Assembly (NCBI GenBank): GCA_965112635.1
Contig: OZ218778.1
Coordinates: forward strand, 192,001 to 256,000
Direction of reading: 5' to 3'
Length of the DNA: 64,000 nt
Source of the DNA: an uncultured bacterium
GTDB lineage: Bacteria > Oederibacteriota > Oederibacteriia > Oederibacteriales > Oederibacteriaceae
Shown here: in pieces, positions 39,561 to 50,102 of the stretch
Position numbering within the stretch: position 1 is the first letter of the stretch
Layout: every line of letters starts with the position of its first letter
The notes under the pieces: model-generated
What the model was told of the DNA's origin: nothing
The model's input: the letters and a program-made list of their open reading frames with translations, nothing else
Databases searched by the model: none
Translations under genes and position numbers: made by a program

Positions 39561-40043
39561 CTATCGCTTAGCCAATAGTTCCGGTGTGACCATCCAGCGG
39601 ATGTACCAGCGCTTGGCGGACTCCTCGTCCATCCTTTCCAGGCAGATCACCCCTGCTGGAGGAATATCAAAAATATCATGTCCCAGGTCGTCGAATAATA
39701 ACTTTGAAGCCAGCCTGGCCAGATGGGGCAAATGGCCCACCAGCATCAGGTTGTGGTCCGCTGTTTTCATTTCTTCGGCCATATCCCGCACCTCAGCCAT
39801 GGGTGCCAGGGCCTCGGACTCTCTGAGCTCCACGGGCTGCCCCACAAACTCCGCCAGGATATGGGCCGTTTTCCTGGCTCTCTCCTTGGTGCTGTGCCTG
39901 ATCTCAGCCGTCTGGAATCCCTTCAGCCCGCCCAGGAACTGCCCGATCTGCTTGGCCATGAACTCTCCCTCGCTGTTCAAAGGCTGGCGAGGGTCTTCAT
40001 CGCTGCTTTTGGCCAGACCGTGTCGGACTAAGTATAGTTTCAA
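39561..40043 (-). CDS. sixA: Phosphohistidine phosphatase SixA
   Basis: LYLVRHG, HSTKERARKTA, LVGHLPHL. Confidence 0.85.
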   Translation of the reverse strand: MKLYLVRHGLAKSSDEDPRQPLNSEGEFMAKQIGQFLGGLKGFQTAEIRHSTKERARKTAHILAEFVGQPVELRESEALAPMAEVRDMAEEMKTADHNLMLVGHLPHLARLASKLLFDDLGHDIFDIPPAGVICLERMDEESAKRWYIRWMVTPELLAKR

Positions 40044-40073
40044 ATTTTTCTCCCTGGGTTCAAGCCCAAACGC

Positions 40074-40826
40074 TCAATGGTTGATCCTGTTGAACGCTTC
40101 TTGGAATCCCGCGCTGTGGGCCGCCTGCCTCAGTCCGCTCGCGAAGCCGACCGGTATCTCGTACTCGTCCTTTTCCATGGCTTTCAAGACCGCCGAGGCG
40201 ACCTCCACCGGCTGGATACCGCGGTCTCTTTGGCCGCGTTGTTCCCTGGCGCCTCCGTCCAGCTCCGTGTCCACGATGGGCGGGATGACCTCGAACACTT
40301 TGATGGAAGTATCGCTCAGTTGGTGGCGCATGGACAGGGTAAAGGAATGCAGGGCGGCCTTGGTGGCGCTATAGACCGGGGCAATGGCCATGGGCACAAA
40401 ACCCAGGCCTGAGGATACATTGACGATGGCCGCCTCCTTTTTCTTCATCAGGAACGGGATAAAATGCCCGGCCAGATGGATGGGCGCCCTCAAGTTGGTC
40501 TCGATCTCGTCCTCGATGGGCAGGATACCCTCGATCCCCTTTTTCAGGAACATCATCCGCTGGATGCCGGCATTATTGATCAGTATATTTAAGTTTTTAA
40601 AACTTTTGTCCACTTCGTCATAGAGTCGGTTCCTCTCGTTCGCCTTGGAAACATCGCAGACCTTGTAATGCAGGCCAGTCACCTTTTCCTTGGCTTGCTT
40701 CAGCCGTTCTTCCCTGCGTCCGCAAATGATGACCTCGTTGCCCGCCTCGGCAAAAGCCTGGGCCAGGCTAAACCCTATCCCCGTGCCCCCGCCCGTAATA
40801 AGAATTGAATTCCCAGAAACCTTCAT
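40074..40826 (-). CDS. Short-chain dehydrogenase/reductase (DltE-like)
   Basis: ITGGGTGIG, INNAGI, NVSSGL, YSATK, VFEVIPP. Confidence 0.9.
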   Translation of the reverse strand: MKVSGNSILITGGGTGIGFSLAQAFAEAGNEVIICGRREERLKQAKEKVTGLHYKVCDVSKANERNRLYDEVDKSFKNLNILINNAGIQRMMFLKKGIEGILPIEDEIETNLRAPIHLAGHFIPFLMKKKEAAIVNVSSGLGFVPMAIAPVYSATKAALHSFTLSMRHQLSDTSIKVFEVIPPIVDTELDGGAREQRGQRDRGIQPVEVASAVLKAMEKDEYEIPVGFASGLRQAAHSAGFQEAFNRINH

Positions 40827-41073
40827 TCAAACCCCCTGTTATTATCACAAAGTTTCAAATCCATTTTACAATCCTATTTAATTTTTCTGTCTTTATCCAT
40901 ATTTTTTAATAAATAGAATAAAGGAAAATCTATAGCGAGAAATAAAATCAAAAACAACATTCCGGATTGAATACCTACTAAACCTGGAAAAAACAATATT
41001 ATATTCCATAATATTGTGAAAAGTATTAATAATGCCTTTTTCATTTAATTCCCTTGTCACAATATTCTGGTAA

Positions 41074-41970
41074 TTACCGCTTTACAAACAGAGGATTGCT
41101 CCAGGCACGCCGGCCCTTGGCGTCCTTGATCTCCACCCGCATATAGACCCTGGGCCGGTCATGGTTCGCCTGATAATCGATGTCCCAGGCCGTCTTTGGT
41201 TTGCCTTTGGAATAATAGCATTTGCCCCTTGACCAGTCATCCAGGAGGACCCTGATCTCCTGGACCGGCGAGCATTTGACCCGGAGTTTTCCTCCGCCGA
41301 CTTTGAGGTCATGGAGCGACGGCCCTTGGGATATATAAAAGGAACCCCGGCTCAATGAGCTTAAAATAGCCTCCTGGGTCAGGGCCTTGGCCTTGATGAC
41401 CACAAAACCGCCTCCAAAATCAGCGAATCCGTTCCTAAAATGGTCGTCATCATTGGCAAACCCCCATATTTTCAAACCCTTTTTGAGGAGCATGTCCCAG
41501 CGCTCCACGGAATAGCCGCTGGCATTTTCCACTTCGCACACATGGTTGTAAATTTCCATGGCATCCGCAAAAGAGGCGAACTTTTTCAATTCGCAGGTGC
41601 ATAAATTGGACCAGTGGGGATGGTTGATGACCGCAAAGCCTTTATCCCTGCGTATCCTGGCGATGGACTGCCTATAGGACTCCTGGGGAAGTTCCCCCTT
41701 TGTTTTACACCCGATATGCAGGAGGTGCGGCTCGGCTATTTCCGCGGTGGGGATGAACAAAACTCCGGGGAATTTGGACTGGGGAACCTGGGTCACAAAG
41801 TAATGGTCCGAGACTCCGATGACCTTGAACCCCTTTTTTACATACGCCGCCACGGTCTTTTCCGGGCTGAAACTTCCATCCGAATTGGTGGTATGAATAT
41901 GGAACTCACCCTTATACCATCGGCCGGGGACTTGATAAGGATTTTGCAGTTTTGCGATCGGCTCTTTCAT
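41074..41970 (-). CDS. PHP-domain metallohydrolase (CehA/McbA-like)
   Basis: KGEFHIHTTNSDG, SDH, NHPHW, EIYN, NDDDH, RAWSNP. Confidence 0.85.
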   Translation of the reverse strand: MKEPIAKLQNPYQVPGRWYKGEFHIHTTNSDGSFSPEKTVAAYVKKGFKVIGVSDHYFVTQVPQSKFPGVLFIPTAEIAEPHLLHIGCKTKGELPQESYRQSIARIRRDKGFAVINHPHWSNLCTCELKKFASFADAMEIYNHVCEVENASGYSVERWDMLLKKGLKIWGFANDDDHFRNGFADFGGGFVVIKAKALTQEAILSSLSRGSFYISQGPSLHDLKVGGGKLRVKCSPVQEIRVLLDDWSRGKCYYSKGKPKTAWDIDYQANHDRPRVYMRVEIKDAKGRRAWSNPLFVKR

Positions 41971-42011
41971 AAAACCTCGACAATTTCTTTTGTTTTACGC
42001 ACGCTTGTAAA

Positions 42012-42105
42012 AACTGCGCTGGTGGAATAGCCTGAACGGCTATTCCACGGGCACTTACCTTAGATACTTATGAAAAAGTGCCCGAGGTAAATGCTCAGCG
42101 CAGTT
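42012..42105. other. Intergenic three-way-junction inverted-repeat element
   Basis: Outer stem AACTGCGCTG/CAGCGCAGTT encloses GTGGAATAGCC/GGCTATTCCAC and GGGCACTT/AAGTGCCC. Confidence 0.55.
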
Positions 42106-42131
42106 GGATAACCTTATATTTTTGCTATTGC

Positions 42132-45100
42132 TTAAGCTGCTGGAGCTCCACCAGCCGGCGGCTCGGCCTTGAACTTCTGTGCCGCCAGGTAGGTGTACTG
42201 TTTCCAGCGGGCCAGGGCGTCCGCCTGGGCGCCTTCCAGCATCTGCTTGGCTGCCTCGGGTTTGGTCTTGGTCAGCAGCTTGAACCTGTTCTCATTGTAC
42301 ATATATTGGTCAATGGGAAGTTTGGGTTCCGCCGAATCAATGGTCAGCGGATTGTCCCCGGTCAAGAGCTTGTCTGGATTGTAGCGGTACAGGATCCAGG
42401 AACCGGAATCCACCGCGGCTTTTTGCTGCTGCAGACCCTTGAGGGTATTGATCCCCTGTTCCCGGCAATGGGCATAGGCAATGATGAGCGATGGCCCGTC
42501 ATAGGCTTCAGCCTCCAAAAAGGCCTTTAAAACCTGCTCGTCCTTGGCACCCAGAGAAACCCGCGCCACATAGATGTTGCCGTAGGTCATGGCGATCATG
42601 CCCAGGTCCTTTTTGCCCATAACTTTGCCGCCCGCGGCGAACTTGGCCGTGGCGCCTTTGGGGGTGGATTTGGACATCTGCCCGCCGGTGTTGGAATACA
42701 TTTCCGTATCCAGGACCAGCACATTGACGTTCCTGCCGCTGGAAAGCACATGGTCCAGCCCGCCGAACCCGATATCATAGGCCCAGCCGTCTCCGCCCAC
42801 GATCCATACGCTCTTTTTGACCAGCATATCGGCGATGGACAGGAGCTCTTTGGCTTCAGGAGCGCTGTTGCCTTTTAGTTTTTCCTTGAGTTCCTTGACC
42901 CTTTCCCGCATGGCTTCGATATCCGCCTCATCCTTTTGCGGAGAGTTCAGGATGGCGTCAGCGAGGGGCTGGCCGATGGTCCCCGACAGTTTCTTGACCA
43001 GTTCAGCGGCGAACTCTTTTTGCTTGTCAATGGAAAGCCTGAACCCGAAACCGAACTCCGCGGCATCCTCAAACAGGGAGTTGGCCCAACTCGGACCCCG
43101 ACCCTTGGCGTTTTTGGCCCAGGGTGTGGTGGGCAAGTTGCCTCCATAGATGGAGGAACAGCCCGTGGCGTTGGCCACAATGGCCCTGTCCCCGAAAAGC
43201 TGGGACAGAAGTTTCAAATAAGGGGTCTCGCCGCATCCGGCGCAGGCGCTGGAAAATTCGAACAAAGGCACCTGAAACTGTTGCTGCCTGATCTGGTTGA
43301 TCTTGAGCTTCAGGCGGTCCACCGGTGGCAGGGACAGGAAAAAGAACCAGTTGTCCCTTTCGTTCATGCGCAAAGGCGCCTGGGGAGACATGTTGATGGC
43401 CTTTTTGGCCGGGTCGGTCTTGCTCTTGGCCGGGCAGACTTCCACGCACAAGCCGCAACCCGTGCAATCCTCGGGCGCGACCTGGAGCGTGTATTTCATG
43501 CCCTTGAAATCCTTGTCCTTAGCGTCCGTGGATTTGAAGGTCGCCGGAGCTTTGGAAAGCAATGAGGCGTCATACACGATGGGCCGGATGGCCGCGTGCG
43601 GGCAGATCAGGGAGCATTTGGCGCACTGGATGCAGAGCTCAGGCTCCCATACCGGGATATCCTGCGCAATGTTCCTTTTCTCGTACTGGGAAGTGCCCGT
43701 CGGAAATGTCCCGTCCACCGGGAAGGCGCTCACGGGCAGATCTTCGCCCTTACCGGCGTAGATGACGCCGAGCACTTCTTCCACGAACTTGGGCGGCTTG
43801 CCGCTAAATGGCGCCGGCATGCCGATCTGGCCTTCTTTGCCCTGTAATTTGACCTCGTGCAGGTTCTCCAAAGTCTGGTCCACGGCCTTGAGGTTCTTGT
43901 TGACCACTTCCTCGCCTTTGGACGCGTAGGATTTTTGGATGGCTTTCTTTATGGAAGCAATGGCCTGCTCCCGGGGTAGCACTCCGGAGATGGCAAAAAA
44001 GCAGACCTGCATGATGGTGTTGATGAAACTGCCCATGCCGGTCTCTTTGGCCACCTTGTAAGCGTCGATCACATAGAATTTAAGTTTCTTGCTGATGAGC
44101 TGGTGCTGGAACAGCTGGGGCAGTTTGTCCCAGATGGCTTCCGGCCCGTAGGGCGTATTGAGCAGGAAAGTCCCGCCTTCCACCAGGGGTTGCAGCATAT
44201 CGTACCTCTCTAAAAAGAACGGCTGGTGGCAGGCCACAAAATTGGCTTTGTTGACCAGGTAAATGGAACGGATAGGATTGGGCCCAAACCGCAAATGGGA
44301 CACGGTCATGGCTCCGGCTTTTTTGGAGTCATACACAAAATACGCCTGCGCGTAGTTGTCCGTGTTCTCGCCGATGATCTTGATGGAGTTGCGGTTGGCG
44401 CCGACCGTGCCGTCCGAACCCAGGCCGTAGAACATGGCCCGGATGACATTGGACGGTTCCGTGGAAAAATTGGGGTCGTAGTTGAGGCTGGTCATGGTCA
44501 CGTCGTCTTTGATGCCGATGGTGAAATGGTTCTTGGGCGTTTTTTCCGCCAGGTTGTCATAGATGGCCTTGACCATGGCCGGGGTGAACTCTTTGGAGGA
44601 CAGGCCGTAGCGTCCGCCCACGATATGGGGCGTTTTTAAGAGGCTTCCCCACCCTTTCTCCATAGCTTCGGTCACGGCGGCCACGCAGTCCAAATACATG
44701 GGCTCACCGGCGCTTCCCGGCTCTTTGGTGCGGTCCAGCACGGCGATGGTTTTGACCGTGGCCGGCAAAGCCTCAGCAAAGCGTTTTACGTCAAAAGGCC
44801 TGAACAATCTTACTTTGAGCACTCCGACCTTGGCGCCCTTGGCGTTCATAAAATCCACGGTCTCATGCACGGTCTCCGCGCCTGAGCACATGATGACAAT
44901 GACCCGCTCCGCGTCCGGGGCTCCGGCATACTCGTAAAGCTTGTATTGGCGTCCGGTCATCTCGCCGAACTTGTCCATGACCTTCTGGGTGATCTCCGGG
45001 CAGGCCTGGTAGTACTTGTTGACGGTTTCCCGCTCCTGGAAATAAACATCCGGGTTCTGGGCCGTGCCCCTGAGGACCGGACGGTCCGGGGTCATGGCTC

Positions 45101-45719
45101 TCTGGCGGTGCGACAAAACCAGGTCATCGCTGACCATGGCCTTGAGGTCGTCGTCATCCAGTATCTCTATTTTGGAATATTCATGGGAGGTCCTGAACCC
45201 GTCAAAAAAATGGACAAAAGGAATGCGGGATTCCAGGGAAGCTACCGTAGAAATGAGTGCGAAATCCTGGGCTTCCTGCACGGAATTGGAGGCCAGCATG
45301 CCAAACCCGGTCTGGCGGATGGACATCACATCGCTGTGGTCGCCGAAAATGGACAGGGCGTGGGTAGCCAAAGCACGCGCCGTCACATGGAACACGCACG
45401 GCATGAGTTCACCGGCCAGCTTGTACATGGTAGGAATCATTAAAAGCAGACCCTGCGAGGCCGTAAAAGTGGCGCACAAAGAACCGGTCTGTACGGCTCC
45501 ATGCAGTGACGCGACCGCGCCGCCTTCGCTCTGCAGTTCCACCACCGAAGGCACTGTTCCCCAGATATTGGTCTTGCCTTGTGAGGCCCAGGTGTCCTGC
45601 CATTCGGCCAGCGGTGTGGACGGCGTGATGGGGTAGATGGCCATCACCTCTCCGATCCGGTATGCCACCGAGGCTGCTGCCTCTGCTCCGTCAATCGTGA
45701 TCTGTTTACGCGTCTTCAT
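42132..45719 (-). CDS. nifJ: Pyruvate:ferredoxin (flavodoxin) oxidoreductase
   Basis: YPITPS, QSEGGA, GLGSDGTVGAN, two CxxCxxC ferredoxin motifs, ACAGCGET, GGDGWAYDIG. Confidence 0.97.
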   Translation of the reverse strand: MKTRKQITIDGAEAAASVAYRIGEVMAIYPITPSTPLAEWQDTWASQGKTNIWGTVPSVVELQSEGGAVASLHGAVQTGSLCATFTASQGLLLMIPTMYKLAGELMPCVFHVTARALATHALSIFGDHSDVMSIRQTGFGMLASNSVQEAQDFALISTVASLESRIPFVHFFDGFRTSHEYSKIEILDDDDLKAMVSDDLVLSHRQRAMTPDRPVLRGTAQNPDVYFQERETVNKYYQACPEITQKVMDKFGEMTGRQYKLYEYAGAPDAERVIVIMCSGAETVHETVDFMNAKGAKVGVLKVRLFRPFDVKRFAEALPATVKTIAVLDRTKEPGSAGEPMYLDCVAAVTEAMEKGWGSLLKTPHIVGGRYGLSSKEFTPAMVKAIYDNLAEKTPKNHFTIGIKDDVTMTSLNYDPNFSTEPSNVIRAMFYGLGSDGTVGANRNSIKIIGENTDNYAQAYFVYDSKKAGAMTVSHLRFGPNPIRSIYLVNKANFVACHQPFFLERYDMLQPLVEGGTFLLNTPYGPEAIWDKLPQLFQHQLISKKLKFYVIDAYKVAKETGMGSFINTIMQVCFFAISGVLPREQAIASIKKAIQKSYASKGEEVVNKNLKAVDQTLENLHEVKLQGKEGQIGMPAPFSGKPPKFVEEVLGVIYAGKGEDLPVSAFPVDGTFPTGTSQYEKRNIAQDIPVWEPELCIQCAKCSLICPHAAIRPIVYDASLLSKAPATFKSTDAKDKDFKGMKYTLQVAPEDCTGCGLCVEVCPAKSKTDPAKKAINMSPQAPLRMNERDNWFFFLSLPPVDRLKLKINQIRQQQFQVPLFEFSSACAGCGETPYLKLLSQLFGDRAIVANATGCSSIYGGNLPTTPWAKNAKGRGPSWANSLFEDAAEFGFGFRLSIDKQKEFAAELVKKLSGTIGQPLADAILNSPQKDEADIEAMRERVKELKEKLKGNSAPEAKELLSIADMLVKKSVWIVGGDGWAYDIGFGGLDHVLSSGRNVNVLVLDTEMYSNTGGQMSKSTPKGATAKFAAGGKVMGKKDLGMIAMTYGNIYVARVSLGAKDEQVLKAFLEAEAYDGPSLIIAYAHCREQGINTLKGLQQQKAAVDSGSWILYRYNPDKLLTGDNPLTIDSAEPKLPIDQYMYNENRFKLLTKTKPEAAKQMLEGAQADALARWKQYTYLAAQKFKAEPPAGGAPAA

Positions 45720-45823
45720 AAAAAGAAACCTCCCTTATAAGATTTAATTCCAATGGTTTGTATCCCGTGGAAAACCGCGGGACAAATGATTCCGGATTAG
45801 AAAAATCTAGTATATCACACCCT

Positions 45824-48163
45824 CTAGCGGCTGGCAGCTACCACCTGGCCGAGTGCGATACCGCCGTCGTTGCACGGGACCCGCTGATGCCAGTAAGGCT
45901 TAAAACCCTCCTCAGCCAGGCGTCTGACCGCCCTTTCGGTCAGATATTTATTTTGGAAACAACCGCCTGAGAGCACGACCCTTTTTTCTTTGCTAATCTT
46001 GGCCACTTTGACGAGGACCTCCACCAAAGCATTGTGGAATTTGGCTGAAATGACGCTGAGCGAAACTCTTTTATCCACATCGACCAGCAACCCTTTAAAA
46101 AGAGGTCCCCAATCTATGATCAGGGGCTGGCCTGTCTTGGCCGGTTTTATGAGGCCAAAACGATAGGCCAGATCCGTCTCCACGCCCTTGAGGCAGAATT
46201 CCAGCTCCATGGCGGTCTGTCCCTCGAAATTGGTCTTGTGCCGTAGTCCCGCCAGGCTGGCTGCCGCGTCAAAAAGCCGTCCAACGCTGGAGGTTACGGG
46301 GCTGTTTATTTTTTTATCCAGCATCACCTTGAGGAAATCCAGCTGGACCTCGGAAAAGGCCCCCAGCAGCGGCCTGGATTTGGCCAGGAACTGGTCCTTG
46401 CCCAGCAGCTCGAACAAAAGTCCCAGGGCCGCGCGGCCGGGTTCCTGGACCGCCTTGTCCCCGCCCGGCAGCGGAAAGGTCCTGAAGGTCGCCAGGCGCT
46501 TGATCCTTTTATCCCGGACAGCAAAAAATTCGCCGCCCCAAACGGTCTTGTCAGTGCCATAGCCTGTCCCGTCCCAGGCCACCCCCAACGCCGGGCCGCT
46601 CAGCTCGTTCTCGGCCATGCAGGAGAGCACGTGGCTCAGATGGTGCTGGACCTTGCGGACAGGCAGCCCGGATGCCTCGGCCCACTTGGTCGAGTGGTAG
46701 TCCGGGTGCAGGTCGCAGCGCGCGGTTTCCGGCTGGATGCCCAGCAGGTTTTCCAGATCAAGGATGGTCTTTTCAAAGGAACGGGTGGTCAGGGCGGCGT
46801 CCAGGTCCCCGATATGCTGGCTCAGGAACACTTCCCTGCCCCGGGATAGGGCCACGGTGTTCTTAAGATGCCCGCCCACGGCCAGGATCGAAGGAACGGG
46901 TTTAGAGACGCTCACCGGCAGAGGCGCGTATCCCCTGGACCGGCGCAGCATGGACGGCCTGCCGGCCATGACCCGCACCACGGAATCGTCCACGGGCCTG
47001 GCAATGGGCCGGTCGTGCACCAGGAATAGTTCGGCGATGTCTTTGAGCCGCTGCAAAGCCTCGAACTCGTCGATACAGATGGGCTCGCTGCTCAGGTTGC
47101 CGCTGGTCATGACCAGGGGCACCCGGACCTCGGCCAAAAGCAGGTGATGGAGAGGCGTGTAAGGCAGCATGAGGCCCAGGTAAGGATTATCAGGAGCGAC
47201 ATTGACGGCCAGGTCAGGCAGGCGCAGGGTCCTTTTGGTCCCCGCTTTGAGGGGTTTTCGCTCCAACAGCACGATGGGCGCCTCGGAAGACCTGAGCAGA
47301 CGCTCCTCCAGGGCCGAGACCAGACAGTAATTTTTGACCAGGTCCATATTGGCCACCATCAGGGCAAAAGGCTTTTCGTCCCGTTGTTTGCGGCGCCTAA
47401 GGCGGCGGATGGCTTCCTCGTTACGGGCGTCCACCATGAGCTGGAACCCTCCCAAACCTTTCAAAGCGACGATACCGCCGTTGCTCAGAGAGCGCGCCGC
47501 GGCCGGGATCACGTCTTCTTTGATAAAAAGGACATTGCCCTGCCGGTCCCAAAGCTCCAAATGCGGCCCGCAGGCCGGGCAGGCATTGGGCTGGGCATGG
47601 AACCTCCTGTTGGCCGGGTCCTCGTATTCCCTGCGGCAGTCGGGGCAAAGCTCGAAATGTTTCATGGTGGTGTTGCGGCGGTCGTAGGGCAAGGCCTCCA
47701 AAATGCTGTAGCGGGGCCCGCAATGGGTGCAGTTGGTAAAAGGATAAAGGTAGCGCCGGTTGGCCGGGGTAAATATTTCCTTGAAGCATTCCGGGCAGGT
47801 GGCGATATCCGGCAGGACCAGGGCGGTCTTGGCCGCGGTGTCCTGGCTTTCCCGTATCTCGAACTTTTTATACCCGGCCGGGTCCAGGTAGGCGGTCTCC
47901 ATGCTCTGGATAAAAGAGTGGCTGGGCTTTTCTTTTTCCAGCCTCGCCTGGAAAGATTTCAGGGTTTCTTCGCGGCCTTCGACCTCCACCAGGACGCCCA
48001 GGGTGGAATTGCTGACCCAGCCCATGAGCCCCAGTTCCTGGGCCAAACGGAACACAAAAGGCCGGAAACCCATCCCCTGGACCGCTCCGTGGATGATGAG
48101 ACGCAGCCGCAACACACCCTGCAGGAAAAGTTTTTTCGTGGAGTTGGTTGTTTCGGGGTTCAT
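45824..48163 (-). CDS. hypF: Carbamoyltransferase HypF
   Basis: GAVQGMGFRPF, CPEC/CTHC zinc fingers, DLHPDY, QHHLSH, DGTGYG, NDGGIALGQ. Confidence 0.96.
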   Translation of the reverse strand: MNPETTNSTKKLFLQGVLRLRLIIHGAVQGMGFRPFVFRLAQELGLMGWVSNSTLGVLVEVEGREETLKSFQARLEKEKPSHSFIQSMETAYLDPAGYKKFEIRESQDTAAKTALVLPDIATCPECFKEIFTPANRRYLYPFTNCTHCGPRYSILEALPYDRRNTTMKHFELCPDCRREYEDPANRRFHAQPNACPACGPHLELWDRQGNVLFIKEDVIPAAARSLSNGGIVALKGLGGFQLMVDARNEEAIRRLRRRKQRDEKPFALMVANMDLVKNYCLVSALEERLLRSSEAPIVLLERKPLKAGTKRTLRLPDLAVNVAPDNPYLGLMLPYTPLHHLLLAEVRVPLVMTSGNLSSEPICIDEFEALQRLKDIAELFLVHDRPIARPVDDSVVRVMAGRPSMLRRSRGYAPLPVSVSKPVPSILAVGGHLKNTVALSRGREVFLSQHIGDLDAALTTRSFEKTILDLENLLGIQPETARCDLHPDYHSTKWAEASGLPVRKVQHHLSHVLSCMAENELSGPALGVAWDGTGYGTDKTVWGGEFFAVRDKRIKRLATFRTFPLPGGDKAVQEPGRAALGLLFELLGKDQFLAKSRPLLGAFSEVQLDFLKVMLDKKINSPVTSSVGRLFDAAASLAGLRHKTNFEGQTAMELEFCLKGVETDLAYRFGLIKPAKTGQPLIIDWGPLFKGLLVDVDKRVSLSVISAKFHNALVEVLVKVAKISKEKRVVLSGGCFQNKYLTERAVRRLAEEGFKPYWHQRVPCNDGGIALGQVVAASR

Positions 48164-48309
48164 CTGTCGCTCCGCTAGACCGAGGCAAAAAGATAAGTTA
48201 TAAAATCAGCACCAGAATAATCCCAAGGGGGGCCAAAGAAAACAAAAATTTTTTCTTGCGGCGATTTTCCGAAAAATTTATTGTTGACAAACCAGGGAGA
48301 AGAGAACGC

Positions 48310-48786
48310 TTAAAGCTGGAGCAATGCCTGTATCTCTTTTTGCACTTCGCCGATGACCTTGGGCAGGACTTTGATGACCGGGCTGGAAAGCCGGCGGCCT
48401 TCCTCGAAATCCTGGCCTTCGACCCCGAACAGGACCAGGTGGGGCGGCAGCAGGTTGAGCTTGCGGGCCATTTCCACGGCCTCGGCCACGCTGAAATTAT
48501 GGGTGGAATACTGGAAAAAATTCTTGGGGATGGCCTCAACTGCGGAGTCCAGGCGGAAAAAAGTGCCCGGCTCTTCGCCGGAAAGGACCGCGTCCACGAG
48601 GATGACCCGGTCAAAACCTTTCCAGGCCTCCATCAGGGACGCGCCTTCCCCGCTCTGCTCGATGATCTCGACCCCGTCCAAATGGAGGGCTTTGAGTTTC
48701 CTGGCCACGGCCCCTCCCAGTCCGTCGTCGCACCGGAAGGAATTCCCGATCCCTATGACCAGGACCTGTTTGGATGTGTCAGTCAT
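48310..48786 (-). CDS. Hydrogenase maturation protease
   Basis: GIGNSFRCDDGLG, LVDAV, STH. Confidence 0.92.
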   Translation of the reverse strand: MTDTSKQVLVIGIGNSFRCDDGLGGAVARKLKALHLDGVEIIEQSGEGASLMEAWKGFDRVILVDAVLSGEEPGTFFRLDSAVEAIPKNFFQYSTHNFSVAEAVEMARKLNLLPPHLVLFGVEGQDFEEGRRLSSPVIKVLPKVIGEVQKEIQALLQL

Positions 48787-48807
48787 TACCTTTGGCGCTC
48801 ACTGGCG

Positions 48808-50102
48808 TTATGAATCGATCCTTTCGATCTTGAGTCTGAGGAAATGGGTGGCGCAGGAAATGCACGGGTCGTAATTGCGCACGGCCTGTTCGCACTGCCA
48901 GGTCAGCTTGTCCTCCGGCAGGTCCAGGTGCTTTTCCACGTAGCGCTTGAGGTCCTGCTCCATGACGCGCTGGTTCTGCGCCGTCGGAGGCACGATCTTG
49001 GCGTTTTGGATCACGCCCTCGCTGTCCAGCTTGTAACTGTGGTACAGGATGCCGCGGGGCGCTTCCGTGCAGCCGCAGCCGAACGAGGCTTTGGGCTGGA
49101 CCTCCACATAGGCTTTTTCCGGCTGCTTGTAGCCTTTGATGAGCCTCAAGGCCTCTTCGCAGGCGTACAAAAGTTCCACGGCCCTCACGATGATGCTCTT
49201 GAATGGGTTGAAGCAGGTCTCTTTGAGGCCCGCGGCCTTGGCCGCTTTTTGCGCGGTCGGGGTCAGTTTATCGAAGTTCAGGTTGTAGCGGGCGAGCGGC
49301 CCACAAAATAGGGCCCTTTGCCCTTGTGGATGCCCCGGAGGGCGTTGGAATGCTCCGCGTGCTCTTCGTAAAAGTGCTGCTCGTATTCCCTGACCGAGAT
49401 ATCCAGCCCCTTGTTGGAGACCAGCCTGCCCTCGGTGATGGGGTATTCGCTGGGGTGACGCAGGGCCACGAACTCGTAATCCTGGTCAAAATCCGGGAAT
49501 TTCAGAGTAGAAGTGAGCTTGATGGTCTCTTTGGAAGCCTCCACGGCCCACTCCAGGTCCGGCACCATGGCCAGCAAAACCTCTTGGGCAGGCACGCTGT
49601 AAAACCCGCCGACCCGCGTGTTGATGGGGTGGATCTCCCGGCCGCCCAAAATCGTCATCAGTTCGTTGCCGATCTTTTTGAGTCTTAGGGCCTTTTTGAC
49701 CACGTCCGGCATGACGCCGGCCAGCTGGATAGCGTCCTCGTAACCCAGGAAATCCGGAGCGTGCAGCAGGTAGATGTGCAGGGCGTGGCTCTCGATCCAT
49801 TCCCCGCAGTAGATCAGACGCCGCAGGTCGCGGAGCGCTCCCTCGACCTTGACGCCAAAAGCGTCCTCCATGGCCTGGGAAGAACTCATGATATAGGCGA
49901 TGGGACAGATACCGCATATCCTGGCCGTGATATCGGGCGCTTCGTAATATTTACGGCCCCTCAAAAATGCCTCGAAGAACCTGGGCGGCTCAAAGATGCC
50001 GAACTTGGCCTCGGTCACTTTGTTGTTCTCTATTTTGACGAGGAGGTTGCCCTCGCCTTCCACCCTGGCCAGATAATCGACTTTGACGGTTTTATTTTTC
50101 AT
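48808..50102 (-). CDS. hydA: Group 3b NiFe hydrogenase (sulfhydrogenase) large/alpha subunit, frameshifted near 49300
   Basis: ARVEGEG and ARICGIC (L1) in the 5' [13 protein letters not shown] (L2) in the 3' ORF. Adding one base at ~49298-49302 restores [16 protein letters not shown]. Start MKNKTVKV at 50102. Confidence 0.88.

Noticed and set aside
40827-41073. AT-rich intergenic stretch
   Set aside because: No repeat or structure seen; consistent with an ordinary promoter region.
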